The notes under the pieces are model-generated. The model saw only the letters and a list, made by a program, of their open reading frames with translations, made no database searches and had not been told where the DNA came from. This document shows, piece by piece, positions 15,479-23,952 of a DNA stretch of 27,804 bases. This DNA comes from Candidatus Thalassarchaeaceae archaeon (GTDB lineage: Archaea; Thermoplasmatota; Poseidoniia; Poseidoniales; Thalassarchaeaceae): NCBI GenBank assembly GCA_030747675.1, contig JASLKH010000023.1, positions 1 through 27,804 of the forward strand, given 5' to 3'. Within the stretch, counting starts at the first letter, position 1. Every line of letters starts with the position of its first letter. The translations under genes were made by a program, and so were the position numbers.

Positions 15479-17122
15479 ATGGTTCACATGAGTATAGCCT
15501 ACCTCTCTGCCGAAGTTGGCTTTGAAAGTGGCCTCCACACATATTCTGGGGGCCTTGGAGTACTAGCAGGAGACCACATTAAATCTGCTGCCGATGCAGG
15601 AATTGACCTGATTGGTTGCACTCTCCTATACAGAGAAGGATATGGGCGTCAACACTTGGACAATCATGGAAACCAAACTGAAACATTTAGTGAAATTGAT
15701 CCACATGAATATCTTACCGACACAGGTATTGAAATTTCGTTGCCCTTAGATGGAACAATACTTCACTCCAAAATATGGGTCTATAAAATCAAGAATATCC
15801 CTACTTATTTCCTCGACACTCGACATCCGAGTAACTCATCCAAGCATGCTTCGCTTGGAAACAGGTTGTATGGTGGCGATGATGAAACTAGAATTCGACA
15901 AGAGTATTTGCTTGGCGTGGGAGGAATTAGGGCATTACAGGCAATGGGTCATGACATTTTAGGGCTACATCTCAACGAGGGGCATTGTACATTTGCAATG
16001 TTTGAAATGCTGCATCAAGGTTGGACAAGGGAGCATCTATCCAATTGCTGCTTATTCACTACCCACACCCCAGTTCCCGCTGGCCACGACCGTTTTGAAT
16101 GGAATTCTGTGAAAGAGGTTCTAGGCAAATTACTACCAGAGGATGCAACCAATTTGTGTAATTCTGCAGGTGATCCAGAAAATGGAAGAAGGTGCTCAAT
16201 GAGCCACCTTGCTGTAGCACTATCTGGTCCAGTAAATGCTGTTTCAAATCTGAATGCATGGGTTGCATCTTCGATGTTTGGCGAGCAACACATTTCACCA
16301 ATCACAAATGGTGTCCATCATACTACATGGACATCTCCTCCAATGGCAGAACTTTTTGATGAACATCTTTCAGGATGGAGAAACAAACCAACATCACTAG
16401 GACATGCAGGCAGCATCCCTACTGGGGGGCTATTGGCTGCTCGAGAAGAATGTCGCACCGTCCTTAGGGAACTCGTACTAGCAACCACAGGAGTTCAATT
16501 AGAACAAGGACGACTCACAATCGGATTCGCTCGTCGATTTGCCACATACAAGCGTGCAAACTTAATATTCAGAGATATCGAAAGATTGCGTGAAATTGGT
16601 TCAGGAAAAATCCAATTTGTATTTGCCGGAAAGGCCCATCCTCGAGATGAAGGTGGAAAGCAGCTTATTCGAGACATTTTTTCAGGTGCTACTGAAGTTG
16701 AAAACGATATCCCAATTGCCTTCTTAGAGGATTATTCAATGAATACTGGTTTAGCAATGACCAGTGGAGTGGATATCTGGTTAAACAACCCAATTCGACC
16801 ATTAGAGGCCTCGGGGACTTCCGGAATGAAGGCTGCGATGAATGGTGTTCCAAATTGCAGTATTCTTGATGGATGGTGGCCAGAGGGTTGTGAACATGGA
16901 GTCAATGGATGGGCCATTGGTAAAGGTGAGGATGATCGAGATGATTTGCGCGATGTTGAATATATTTACCATACCCTAGAGCACGAAGTTTTACCCATTT
17001 GGAGGCAAGGACCCAATCGTTGGGCGGATCTGATGCGTGCTTCAATTACCACTAGTGCAAGGTTTACTGGTGCGCGAATGATAGATGAATATCGCCGCTT
17101 TTATGAAGCATTTGAGAAATAA
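15479..17122 (+). CDS. glgP: Alpha-glucan (glycogen/maltodextrin) phosphorylase, GT35, short form, 547 aa
   Basis: AYLSAEVG, YSGGLGVLAGDHIKSAAD, LNEGH, FTTHTPVPAGHDRF, TNGVH, GFARRFATYKRA, AGKAHP, EASGTSGMKAAMNG (PLP-binding Lys). Confidence 0.95.
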   Translation: MVHMSIAYLSAEVGFESGLHTYSGGLGVLAGDHIKSAADAGIDLIGCTLLYREGYGRQHLDNHGNQTETFSEIDPHEYLTDTGIEISLPLDGTILHSKIWVYKIKNIPTYFLDTRHPSNSSKHASLGNRLYGGDDETRIRQEYLLGVGGIRALQAMGHDILGLHLNEGHCTFAMFEMLHQGWTREHLSNCCLFTTHTPVPAGHDRFEWNSVKEVLGKLLPEDATNLCNSAGDPENGRRCSMSHLAVALSGPVNAVSNLNAWVASSMFGEQHISPITNGVHHTTWTSPPMAELFDEHLSGWRNKPTSLGHAGSIPTGGLLAAREECRTVLRELVLATTGVQLEQGRLTIGFARRFATYKRANLIFRDIERLREIGSGKIQFVFAGKAHPRDEGGKQLIRDIFSGATEVENDIPIAFLEDYSMNTGLAMTSGVDIWLNNPIRPLEASGTSGMKAAMNGVPNCSILDGWWPEGCEHGVNGWAIGKGEDDRDDLRDVEYIYHTLEHEVLPIWRQGPNRWADLMRASITTSARFTGARMIDEYRRFYEAFEK

Positions 17123-20100
17123 TCACTCATTGCCATCTCGACGAATTCGTATCACCAATGTCAACAAAAATGCACCTGCACACAATACCAATATCCCCAG
17201 GAATACACGTATTATTTGCGATGTCGAGAGACCTTCAGATGAACTACTACCTGAATCAGTAGTATCATCCAATACCTCTGAACCATTTTCATATACACAA
17301 GATGCATTATCAATCGTCGCCCCAGGATTAAAATTCAAAGCAGAGGAATTAGTACATCCTTCAATAAAAGGCGTGTTATTGTCTTCGGGCTCAGGCTCAG
17401 GCTCAGGTTCAGGTTCAGGTTCAGGTTCAGGTTCAGGTTCAGGTTCAGGCTCAGGTTCTGTATTGTTCGTTTCATTATCTAGCCAAATTAGTGTAAACGT
17501 GTGCTCAATAATAGAATCTGGGCAATCGTGCCAGTTGTCTTCCTCACCGCAATTCAAGATGGTTGCTTCAAAGGTGAGGTTGATTTCAGTTCCATTTGGA
17601 ATTGTTTCGTCAAAGGAAAGTTGCCAGGAGAAGTTGTAGGTTGCTTCTGAGAAAATCAGGTAGTACCACTCGATATAGCCAGCAAAACCAGTGACTAGAG
17701 GATGATCTGCTGTGGCATTGACTCCAGGATAGTGCATACTTTTGTCACACGTATTCACAAGATCGAGAGTGACGAAATGGGTCTGATTAACTGTTAGGTT
17801 GTCTAAGATTAAGCAATGCCCATCAGGCTCAGGTTCCGGTTCTTCAACCTCAACTTCATAATCGCAACTACCATCATTCACTATTGCGTATGAATCAAAA
17901 TTGTCCGCCAACGAATCTGTGCATCCATCTAGAGGGATGGTTGGATGTTGGAAATCCCAATCAGTTCCAGCAGCCCAGGGGTTTGAGCAATCGGGTGAAT
18001 ATGCGCCCGCTCCAATTGCAGCAATGGCTGATTCAGGAAGGGGACAGAAATTTTGATTTGCTGGATCAATCAACTGTGATTCAACACTACCCCCTGCATC
18101 GATATAGCCATTGAAATTCTCAGAATATAAACCTGGAACTGGAAAGTCCGAGTAATTGTCCTGTCGATGTGCAGCAATCCTGTCTGCTGCATTTGCGAAA
18201 AATGTCGAGTTTTCATTTCCACCATCTGCAATGACAACAATGTTGTTCTTACCATCACCTGATGCTCCGGGTTCTACACCAAAGACAGTGTTGTGTGAAA
18301 TATTGTGATAATCTCCCTTGACCATTATTCCTCCAGCAACATTCCATGCCACATTGTGATGTACAGTTGCATTCCGACCTTCGTTGGTACCACCCATGGG
18401 GCCATCCATCCGGATACCATATTTTGGTGTGTCATGAATCCAATTATGAGCTATCATTGCATCTATTTGTTGGCCCATCATCAGTTGGACAACTGCGCCG
18501 TCAGTCTGCAGGTGTCCGGTGTTTGAAATATCGTTGTATTCTATTCTCGCGGCATTGCCTGGATTGATGACTGAGGATGCACCCACATTGTGAATCGTGT
18601 TATTTGAAAATACATTATTGCTCCCTCCAAAGTAGACGGTAGTCATCAGACTTACAGAATCTGTAGAAGTCCAATCAATGTGGTAGAAGTAGCTATTGTT
18701 GACTGTGTTACCACCACCATAGAGTTCGAAAGCACCTCCATCTGTGTAAAGGAATGCACAATTTTCTATTCGGCTTCCAGAGGTTCGATCAAATCGGGTA
18801 ATCCATCGTTCAGAAGTGTCTTCCCCGGCAATTCCGAGACTTCGCTTTGATGTACTAGGGTAAAGCAAGGTTGTATTTCGAATGACCGAATCATCACAAT
18901 TATCGAACTTGAAGGTGCTCGCAAAGAATTCGAAGCCTTCGATGAGGACTTCACTACTCTCTGAGCAAGTAATAGAATAGGGCTGAGTCTTGACTCGAAT
19001 GTTCATCTCACTCGGGTTTTGGCCATCTGGAGGCATGAAGTAAATCGTTGTATTCTCGCGATCAAAGAACCATTCACCGGCCTTATCGAGCAACTCAAGT
19101 TTACCTTCCAAGAAATAGCGATGATGTTTTGTCTTCCAACCACTTACTGGTTCGTAATGCATCATTCCTGTACTCTCATTGTAATCTGTGATGACTCTGC
19201 TCCACGATTTGAATGAGCCTACATTGAGAACTGCAATTGAACCGATTGGATTAATTCCACTTGAATTCAGGCCAATATGACCCCCATCTACTGGGCCAGC
19301 ATCGATGATTTGTCCATTCTCATAAGGGTAAACCCAACTGTTATTCTCATCCTTGTATTTGTCACGATCAATTGTTCCTTGCGCCCAATTATGAGTGATG
19401 TTGAACACGCTTCCATCATCGAATTTTGCATTTGGCCAACGAGCAGGAACCATCTCTTCTCGATCAACGAACAATTGCCATGCATCGACACCGACATCGA
19501 TGCGATGAATCGTCCCTTCATCTGTCGTACTGAAATTTTCCCAGGCGCCACCTAAGTCTGATTGAACGTCAGCCGAACCATCAAGTATCACACGAGAACC
19601 GTCTGTTTTAATCTCAATTTGATCTAGATTTGAAACGGATACAGAGCCCTGATAATTCCCACCATGTACGATGACTTGGCCTCCATCCTCAAGTTGGTCG
19701 ACTGCATTTTGTATCGTCTTCAATGGGCACTGAGTGGTACCAATGTATGCATCATTTCCATATGAGGCATCTACAGCTAGTGGCATCCCATCACCCCTTT
19801 CACCAAGGATGCAGGCACCTGTAATGTCGGAATTTGGTAGAAGGAAGACTGCGACACTATGCGCAGGTAATGTGAAGCGATGGTCTTCATCCATACTAAT
19901 TTCATTCAATGAATCATTAGCAATCCATTGCAAATCCAAATCAAAGTCAGCAGGTGCTATACCCCGATTCATCGCAATGACTGCTTGGTCAGACTCGGTC
20001 GTCATCGACCACGCGATTGTATCAAGACTGCTATGTAGAGACTGATAGGTTCCGCGTCTCAACGCATCCGATTCATGTCTTAGTTGACCCAATGCGCTGA

Positions 20101-21916
20101 TGTTTTCGAAAAGTTGGGTCTCACGTGGATTGTGATCTGCTGCATGGCGCCACAGATGTCGATTATCTGGATCTGCACCACCATACTCTCCATACTCATC
20201 ACCCTGGTAAATCATCGCTGCGCCAGGAGTTGTAAGAAGCCAAGTGAAGGCCTGTAGTGCAGCCTCGTAGGGAGTATCTGTCCCTGGTTGACCTGGAAGT
20301 CCATCCTCGACCCATTGATTCCATGCCTGCGTGGTTCCTGTATCTGCACGGCTGGTGAATCGTGGCACATCATGACTGCCGACAAAAGGTACCATGATCG
20401 CATCTTCAGCATATTGTACCTGACTTTGTGCAGTCCAGTAATCGAGGTGATGATAATCCATATCTCCTGTGGTGAAAACATTGTCTACAACTGCATGATA
20501 GAGAACAAAGTCAGCCTGGCCATCAAGAGCATTTTGGCCGATGTAACTGTTGATTGTCCCATACTCATTGGCATTGTCAGCCAAATCATGGCCAGCCCAA
20601 CCCATGGCTGTCTCACCCTTGAGATAATAGTCCGTTCCCGCAGTCTCGAATCTCTCATTAATTCGAACTGCTAAATTGGTCATGGCAAGATCATCAACAT
20701 GCTTGACTGCATCGATTCTTCCACCATCTAAGTCAAAGGTTTCAATCCACCACATAACGTCAGCAATGAATTGCTCACTGGCATTACGTACTCGCCAATT
20801 GACATCTGGCATGTATGGGCGGAACATGCAATCTAAGCGATTTTCGGTCCATCCACAATTCGCTTCCCCACAGAGACAGCCTTCATTGAACCAATCAGGG
20901 TTCTCACTGTAATATGGATGGTCTTCGTGCACATGATTGACGACAAAATCACCCATCACACGAATACCGGCATCATGTGCAGCATCAACCATTGCCTGCA
21001 AATCATGGACTGTGCCTAGTCTAGGATCAATTGACCTTGCTTCAATCGGCCAATATCCATGGTAGGCTGAGACTTCATGTTGATTATCAGAGGCCAATTC
21101 TGTTCCATTGGAAACTGTGTTGAATGGCGTTAACCAAAGCGCATTTACACCAAGATTGGAAAAATATCCAGATTCAATTTTTTGGGTAACGCCCACCAAA
21201 TCTCCACCCCTCCAATCTGCACCCTGTGTGGCTGAAGTGGAAGGAGGGTCATTGGAAAGATTCCCATTGACAAATCGATCTGTCATTACCATGTAAATGA
21301 GTGCATCATCCCAGATGAATTCAGATTGTGGTCCGCTCCAAATGGGCAATAATAAATCATCAGCAATATTGCCATCTACATCAGCCCCAGTAATATGCAG
21401 TGTGTTTTTTCCTTCAGCCAATGTTGTGATATCTAGTGTCCATGTCCATGTTGCTTCATCCCAAAGACCTGGGGCCAGAGCCAACGGAGTAGATTCGGGA
21501 GCACCGCCATCTGAACCTGCATGCCACAGAACCGTTAGGACATTGTTCTCAATTGAATGTGTAAACATCGGCTTTGATGAGTCGGGCACCCGAACAATAC
21601 TATTCTCAAAATCATCACAATAACCACGATATGGTTCAGTTGGGTCGAAAATCCAATTGTCATCGACAATTAATTTGTAACAATACATTCCTGGTTCAAT
21701 ATTTAGAGAAACGCTCCATTGGCCATTGTTTTCTGACAAATTTGTGCGTACAGCCCAATCATCCCATTCACCTGAAACTTGAACTGATGTTGCAATTCCT
21801 GACCAAGAAAAATCAGTCGGGGATTGACGTTGACGAACAGTGTCTCCGTCAGCAGAAACATGCAGGGGGATTATCGCTGCTAACAGCAGGGCAACCAGAA
21901 AAATAGCCTTACGCAT
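17123..21916 (-). CDS. Large cell-surface multidomain alpha-amylase: signal peptide - CBM48-like - GH13 - DUF1565/parallel beta-helix - GCTD repeat - Cys-rich Ig-like module - (EP)n - GCT repeat - TM, ~1597 aa
   Basis: Signal MRKAIFLVALLLAAIIPLHVSA. Glycogen-binding-like module VQVSGEWDDW...YCYKLIVDDNWIFDP. GH13 motifs IYMVMTDRFVNG, YHGYW, DFVVNH, RIDAVKH (Asp), KGET (Glu), SHDVPRF (Asp). Beta-helix region ~18000-19780. C-terminal TM FLGILVLCAGAFLLTLVI. AGGAGTGA lies 4 nt before the ATG. Confidence 0.88.
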   Translation of the reverse strand: MRKAIFLVALLLAAIIPLHVSADGDTVRQRQSPTDFSWSGIATSVQVSGEWDDWAVRTNLSENNGQWSVSLNIEPGMYCYKLIVDDNWIFDPTEPYRGYCDDFENSIVRVPDSSKPMFTHSIENNVLTVLWHAGSDGGAPESTPLALAPGLWDEATWTWTLDITTLAEGKNTLHITGADVDGNIADDLLLPIWSGPQSEFIWDDALIYMVMTDRFVNGNLSNDPPSTSATQGADWRGGDLVGVTQKIESGYFSNLGVNALWLTPFNTVSNGTELASDNQHEVSAYHGYWPIEARSIDPRLGTVHDLQAMVDAAHDAGIRVMGDFVVNHVHEDHPYYSENPDWFNEGCLCGEANCGWTENRLDCMFRPYMPDVNWRVRNASEQFIADVMWWIETFDLDGGRIDAVKHVDDLAMTNLAVRINERFETAGTDYYLKGETAMGWAGHDLADNANEYGTINSYIGQNALDGQADFVLYHAVVDNVFTTGDMDYHHLDYWTAQSQVQYAEDAIMVPFVGSHDVPRFTSRADTGTTQAWNQWVEDGLPGQPGTDTPYEAALQAFTWLLTTPGAAMIYQGDEYGEYGGADPDNRHLWRHAADHNPRETQLFENISALGQLRHESDALRRGTYQSLHSSLDTIAWSMTTESDQAVIAMNRGIAPADFDLDLQWIANDSLNEISMDEDHRFTLPAHSVAVFLLPNSDITGACILGERGDGMPLAVDASYGNDAYIGTTQCPLKTIQNAVDQLEDGGQVIVHGGNYQGSVSVSNLDQIEIKTDGSRVILDGSADVQSDLGGAWENFSTTDEGTIHRIDVGVDAWQLFVDREEMVPARWPNAKFDDGSVFNITHNWAQGTIDRDKYKDENNSWVYPYENGQIIDAGPVDGGHIGLNSSGINPIGSIAVLNVGSFKSWSRVITDYNESTGMMHYEPVSGWKTKHHRYFLEGKLELLDKAGEWFFDRENTTIYFMPPDGQNPSEMNIRVKTQPYSITCSESSEVLIEGFEFFASTFKFDNCDDSVIRNTTLLYPSTSKRSLGIAGEDTSERWITRFDRTSGSRIENCAFLYTDGGAFELYGGGNTVNNSYFYHIDWTSTDSVSLMTTVYFGGSNNVFSNNTIHNVGASSVINPGNAARIEYNDISNTGHLQTDGAVVQLMMGQQIDAMIAHNWIHDTPKYGIRMDGPMGGTNEGRNATVHHNVAWNVAGGIMVKGDYHNISHNTVFGVEPGASGDGKNNIVVIADGGNENSTFFANAADRIAAHRQDNYSDFPVPGLYSENFNGYIDAGGSVESQLIDPANQNFCPLPESAIAAIGAGAYSPDCSNPWAAGTDWDFQHPTIPLDGCTDSLADNFDSYAIVNDGSCDYEVEVEEPEPEPDGHCLILDNLTVNQTHFVTLDLVNTCDKSMHYPGVNATADHPLVTGFAGYIEWYYLIFSEATYNFSWQLSFDETIPNGTEINLTFEATILNCGEEDNWHDCPDSIIEHTFTLIWLDNETNNTEPEPEPEPEPEPEPEPEPEPEPEPEDNNTPFIEGCTNSSALNFNPGATIDNASCVYENGSEVLDDTTDSGSSSSEGLSTSQIIRVFLGILVLCAGAFLLTLVIRIRRDGNE
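17384..17458 (-). repeat. In-frame hexanucleotide tandem repeat encoding (EP)12E linker
   Basis: Plus strand shows 11 TCAGG(T/C) units plus one TCGGGC unit. On the minus strand these are 25 codons, E(PE)12. Confidence 0.95.
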
Positions 21917-21920
21917 AGTC

Positions 21921-22694
21921 TCACTCCTGAGGGAAGAGGTTGTTCGCAGTCTCAACTATTTCGTCTATATGTTTACACAGAAAACCTTTGACAAACTCAT
22001 TTGCAGGGTCATTGTAAACATCTAACGGTGCTCCGTGTTGTTGTAGAACACCTTGATCAAGGATAGCAATTCTATCTGCCAATGTCATCGCCTCAATTTG
22101 GTCATGTGTTACATACACAGTTGTGGTTCCAAGTGTATCATGTAAACGACGTATCTCTGCTCGCATTTGATGTCTGAGTTCAGCGTCGAGGTTAGACAAG
22201 GGTTCATCCATCAACAGTACCTTCGGTTGACGAACAAGTGCACGCCCCAATGCCACTCGTTGACGTTGACCGCCCGAAAGTTCCTTGGGTTTCTTTTCTA
22301 ATTCACTGACGAGGCCCAACATATTAGCAGCCTCTAGGACACGTTGGACTATTTCCTCATTGGACAAACGATCTGTTCCTTTTACCATGCGCAGACCAAA
22401 GGATAAATTCTCGGCAACAGTCATGTGCGGATAAAGTGCATACGATTGGAAAACCATGCCCAATCCACGTGCTCCAGGTGGTAAGTCATTAATCCGTGCA
22501 CCGTCTATTTGTATCTCACCTTCTGTGACATCTTCAAGTCCAGCTAGCATTCGTAAAGTAGTTGATTTACCACAACCTGATGGACCAAGTAACACAAGGA
22601 ACTCTCCTTCTTTCACTTCGAGATTCAAGCCCTTTACGGCTTCAAAACCATCATCATATCGTTTAGTCACATTTTCATAATTTACATCACCCAT
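21921..22694 (-). CDS. malK: Carbohydrate ABC transporter ATPase (MalK/MsmX family) lacking the C-terminal regulatory/TOBE domain, 257 aa
   Basis: Walker A GPSGCGKST, Q-loop VFQSYALYPH, signature LSGGQRQR, Walker B/D-loop LLMDEPLSNLD, H-loop YVTHDQIEAM. The protein ends 17 aa after FVKGF. Confidence 0.92.
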   Translation of the reverse strand: MGDVNYENVTKRYDDGFEAVKGLNLEVKEGEFLVLLGPSGCGKSTTLRMLAGLEDVTEGEIQIDGARINDLPPGARGLGMVFQSYALYPHMTVAENLSFGLRMVKGTDRLSNEEIVQRVLEAANMLGLVSELEKKPKELSGGQRQRVALGRALVRQPKVLLMDEPLSNLDAELRHQMRAEIRRLHDTLGTTTVYVTHDQIEAMTLADRIAILDQGVLQQHGAPLDVYNDPANEFVKGFLCKHIDEIVETANNLFPQE

Positions 22695-22698
22695 TTTA

Positions 22699-23952
22699 TC
22701 ACCCCTTTACACTCCCTGCACTTAATCCCTCGATGAGGAACCTCTGGAATACGATGAAGAGGATAACAACCGGGATACTAACCAGGAGGCTTGCTGCAGC
22801 AAAATCACCCCACATTGGATTCTTTGACATAATCATGCTAGCTAAGCCAACCGGTAGTGTGAACTTTTCGTTGTCCGACATAAAGGTCAATGCTAGCAAA
22901 TATTCATTCCATGCTGCTAAGAAACTGAATAACGCTGTCACAGCAACAGCGGGTAATGAAAGTGGAAGTATTACTCGACGGAAAACCTGCGCCTGACTGC
23001 ATCCATCAAGAAGAGCGGCTTCCTCAAGTTCTCGCGGAACTGTGTCAAAGAAACCTTTGAGCATCCAGACACATAAGGGCAGAGCAGTTACTGAATATGC
23101 AAGAATCAGACCCATACTAGTATTCAGCAACCCAAGTGTTTTCATAACGAGATAATATGGGACTAAAATAATAATTCCGGGAAACATTTGTACAAGCAAA
23201 AATGAGAACATTGCTTGCTCTCGGCCCCTGAACTTGAACCGGCTGAAGGCATAACCTGCTGGAATTGCCAATGCTAAGCCGAGCAAGGTTGTACCTATAC
23301 TGATGACCAATGAGTTTCGAGTCCATATCCAAAATTCTGATTCGGGGTCCAACTGATTACTAAAATGGTGCTTGAATTCCCATTGTGATAAATCCATGTC
23401 AGCGCCGAGGATATTTCCTGGAGACATTGCAACATTTAGTATCCATAAGACTGGTAGGAATATGAGCAACACTGCATGTAATAACAACGCATGTGATCCA
23501 ATTATCTCAATTCGATTTTTCACAATCTTGTTCCGGGCTAATCCGAACTCAGCCTGTACTTGTGTAATTCTTCCTTTTGCCCAACTAGAAATCTCTGGAG
23601 ATGAAATCCACCACAAAGTCAAACCTGCCGGCAGAAGAACCCAAAAAGTTGCCCACAAATCAATCAACATTCGATCTCCAGCTCCAAATTTTACAATACC
23701 AAAGATCAATGTCAAACCTGCACAACCGAGGGTTGCATCCCGCTTGTACTTGTTATCTCCATCCGGCAACACATATCTCAGGAGGAGTAAGCAAAGGGCG
23801 CAGACAAGGCTTATTTTCAAACTGAACGAATCATTTCGCAACCAATCAATAACGGCCAGAACACCAGTCACACAACTCGCGATTATAAGCCAAAGCCGGA
23901 GTGCTGAAACCTCTGCAGGGACGTACCACTGACGGGCAATATCTGAACTCAT
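22699..23952 (-). CDS. malG: Carbohydrate ABC permease (MalG-like) with ~145-aa hydrophobic N-terminal extension, 417 aa
   Basis: NSLVISIGTT..LALAIPAGYAFSRFKFRGR, LLVQMFP, EAA loop VPRELEEAALLDGCS, AWNEYLLA, TLPVGL. The start overlaps the upstream stop (ATGA at 23949-23952). Confidence 0.9.
   Translation of the reverse strand: MSSDIARQWYVPAEVSALRLWLIIASCVTGVLAVIDWLRNDSFSLKISLVCALCLLLLRYVLPDGDNKYKRDATLGCAGLTLIFGIVKFGAGDRMLIDLWATFWVLLPAGLTLWWISSPEISSWAKGRITQVQAEFGLARNKIVKNRIEIIGSHALLLHAVLLIFLPVLWILNVAMSPGNILGADMDLSQWEFKHHFSNQLDPESEFWIWTRNSLVISIGTTLLGLALAIPAGYAFSRFKFRGREQAMFSFLLVQMFPGIIILVPYYLVMKTLGLLNTSMGLILAYSVTALPLCVWMLKGFFDTVPRELEEAALLDGCSQAQVFRRVILPLSLPAVAVTALFSFLAAWNEYLLALTFMSDNEKFTLPVGLASMIMSKNPMWGDFAAASLLVSIPVVILFIVFQRFLIEGLSAGSVKG

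Noticed and set aside
14138-17122. Glycogen biosynthesis/storage cluster interpretation
   Set aside because: No glgA, glgB or glgC in the window; the neighbours are uptake and extracellular hydrolase genes, favouring catabolism.
17384-17458. Tandem repeat as a CRISPR array or phase-variation switch
   Set aside because: 6-bp units with no spacers and no cas genes; unit changes keep the frame, so it cannot switch the gene on or off.
17085-17639. 184-aa plus-strand ORF containing (SG)n
   Set aside because: Antisense reading of the (EP)n linker of the amylase gene.
23372-23932. 186-aa plus-strand ORF and other long antisense ORFs within apu, the amylase and the permeases
   Set aside because: They lie wholly opposite well-supported genes and show no recognisable motifs or RBS.
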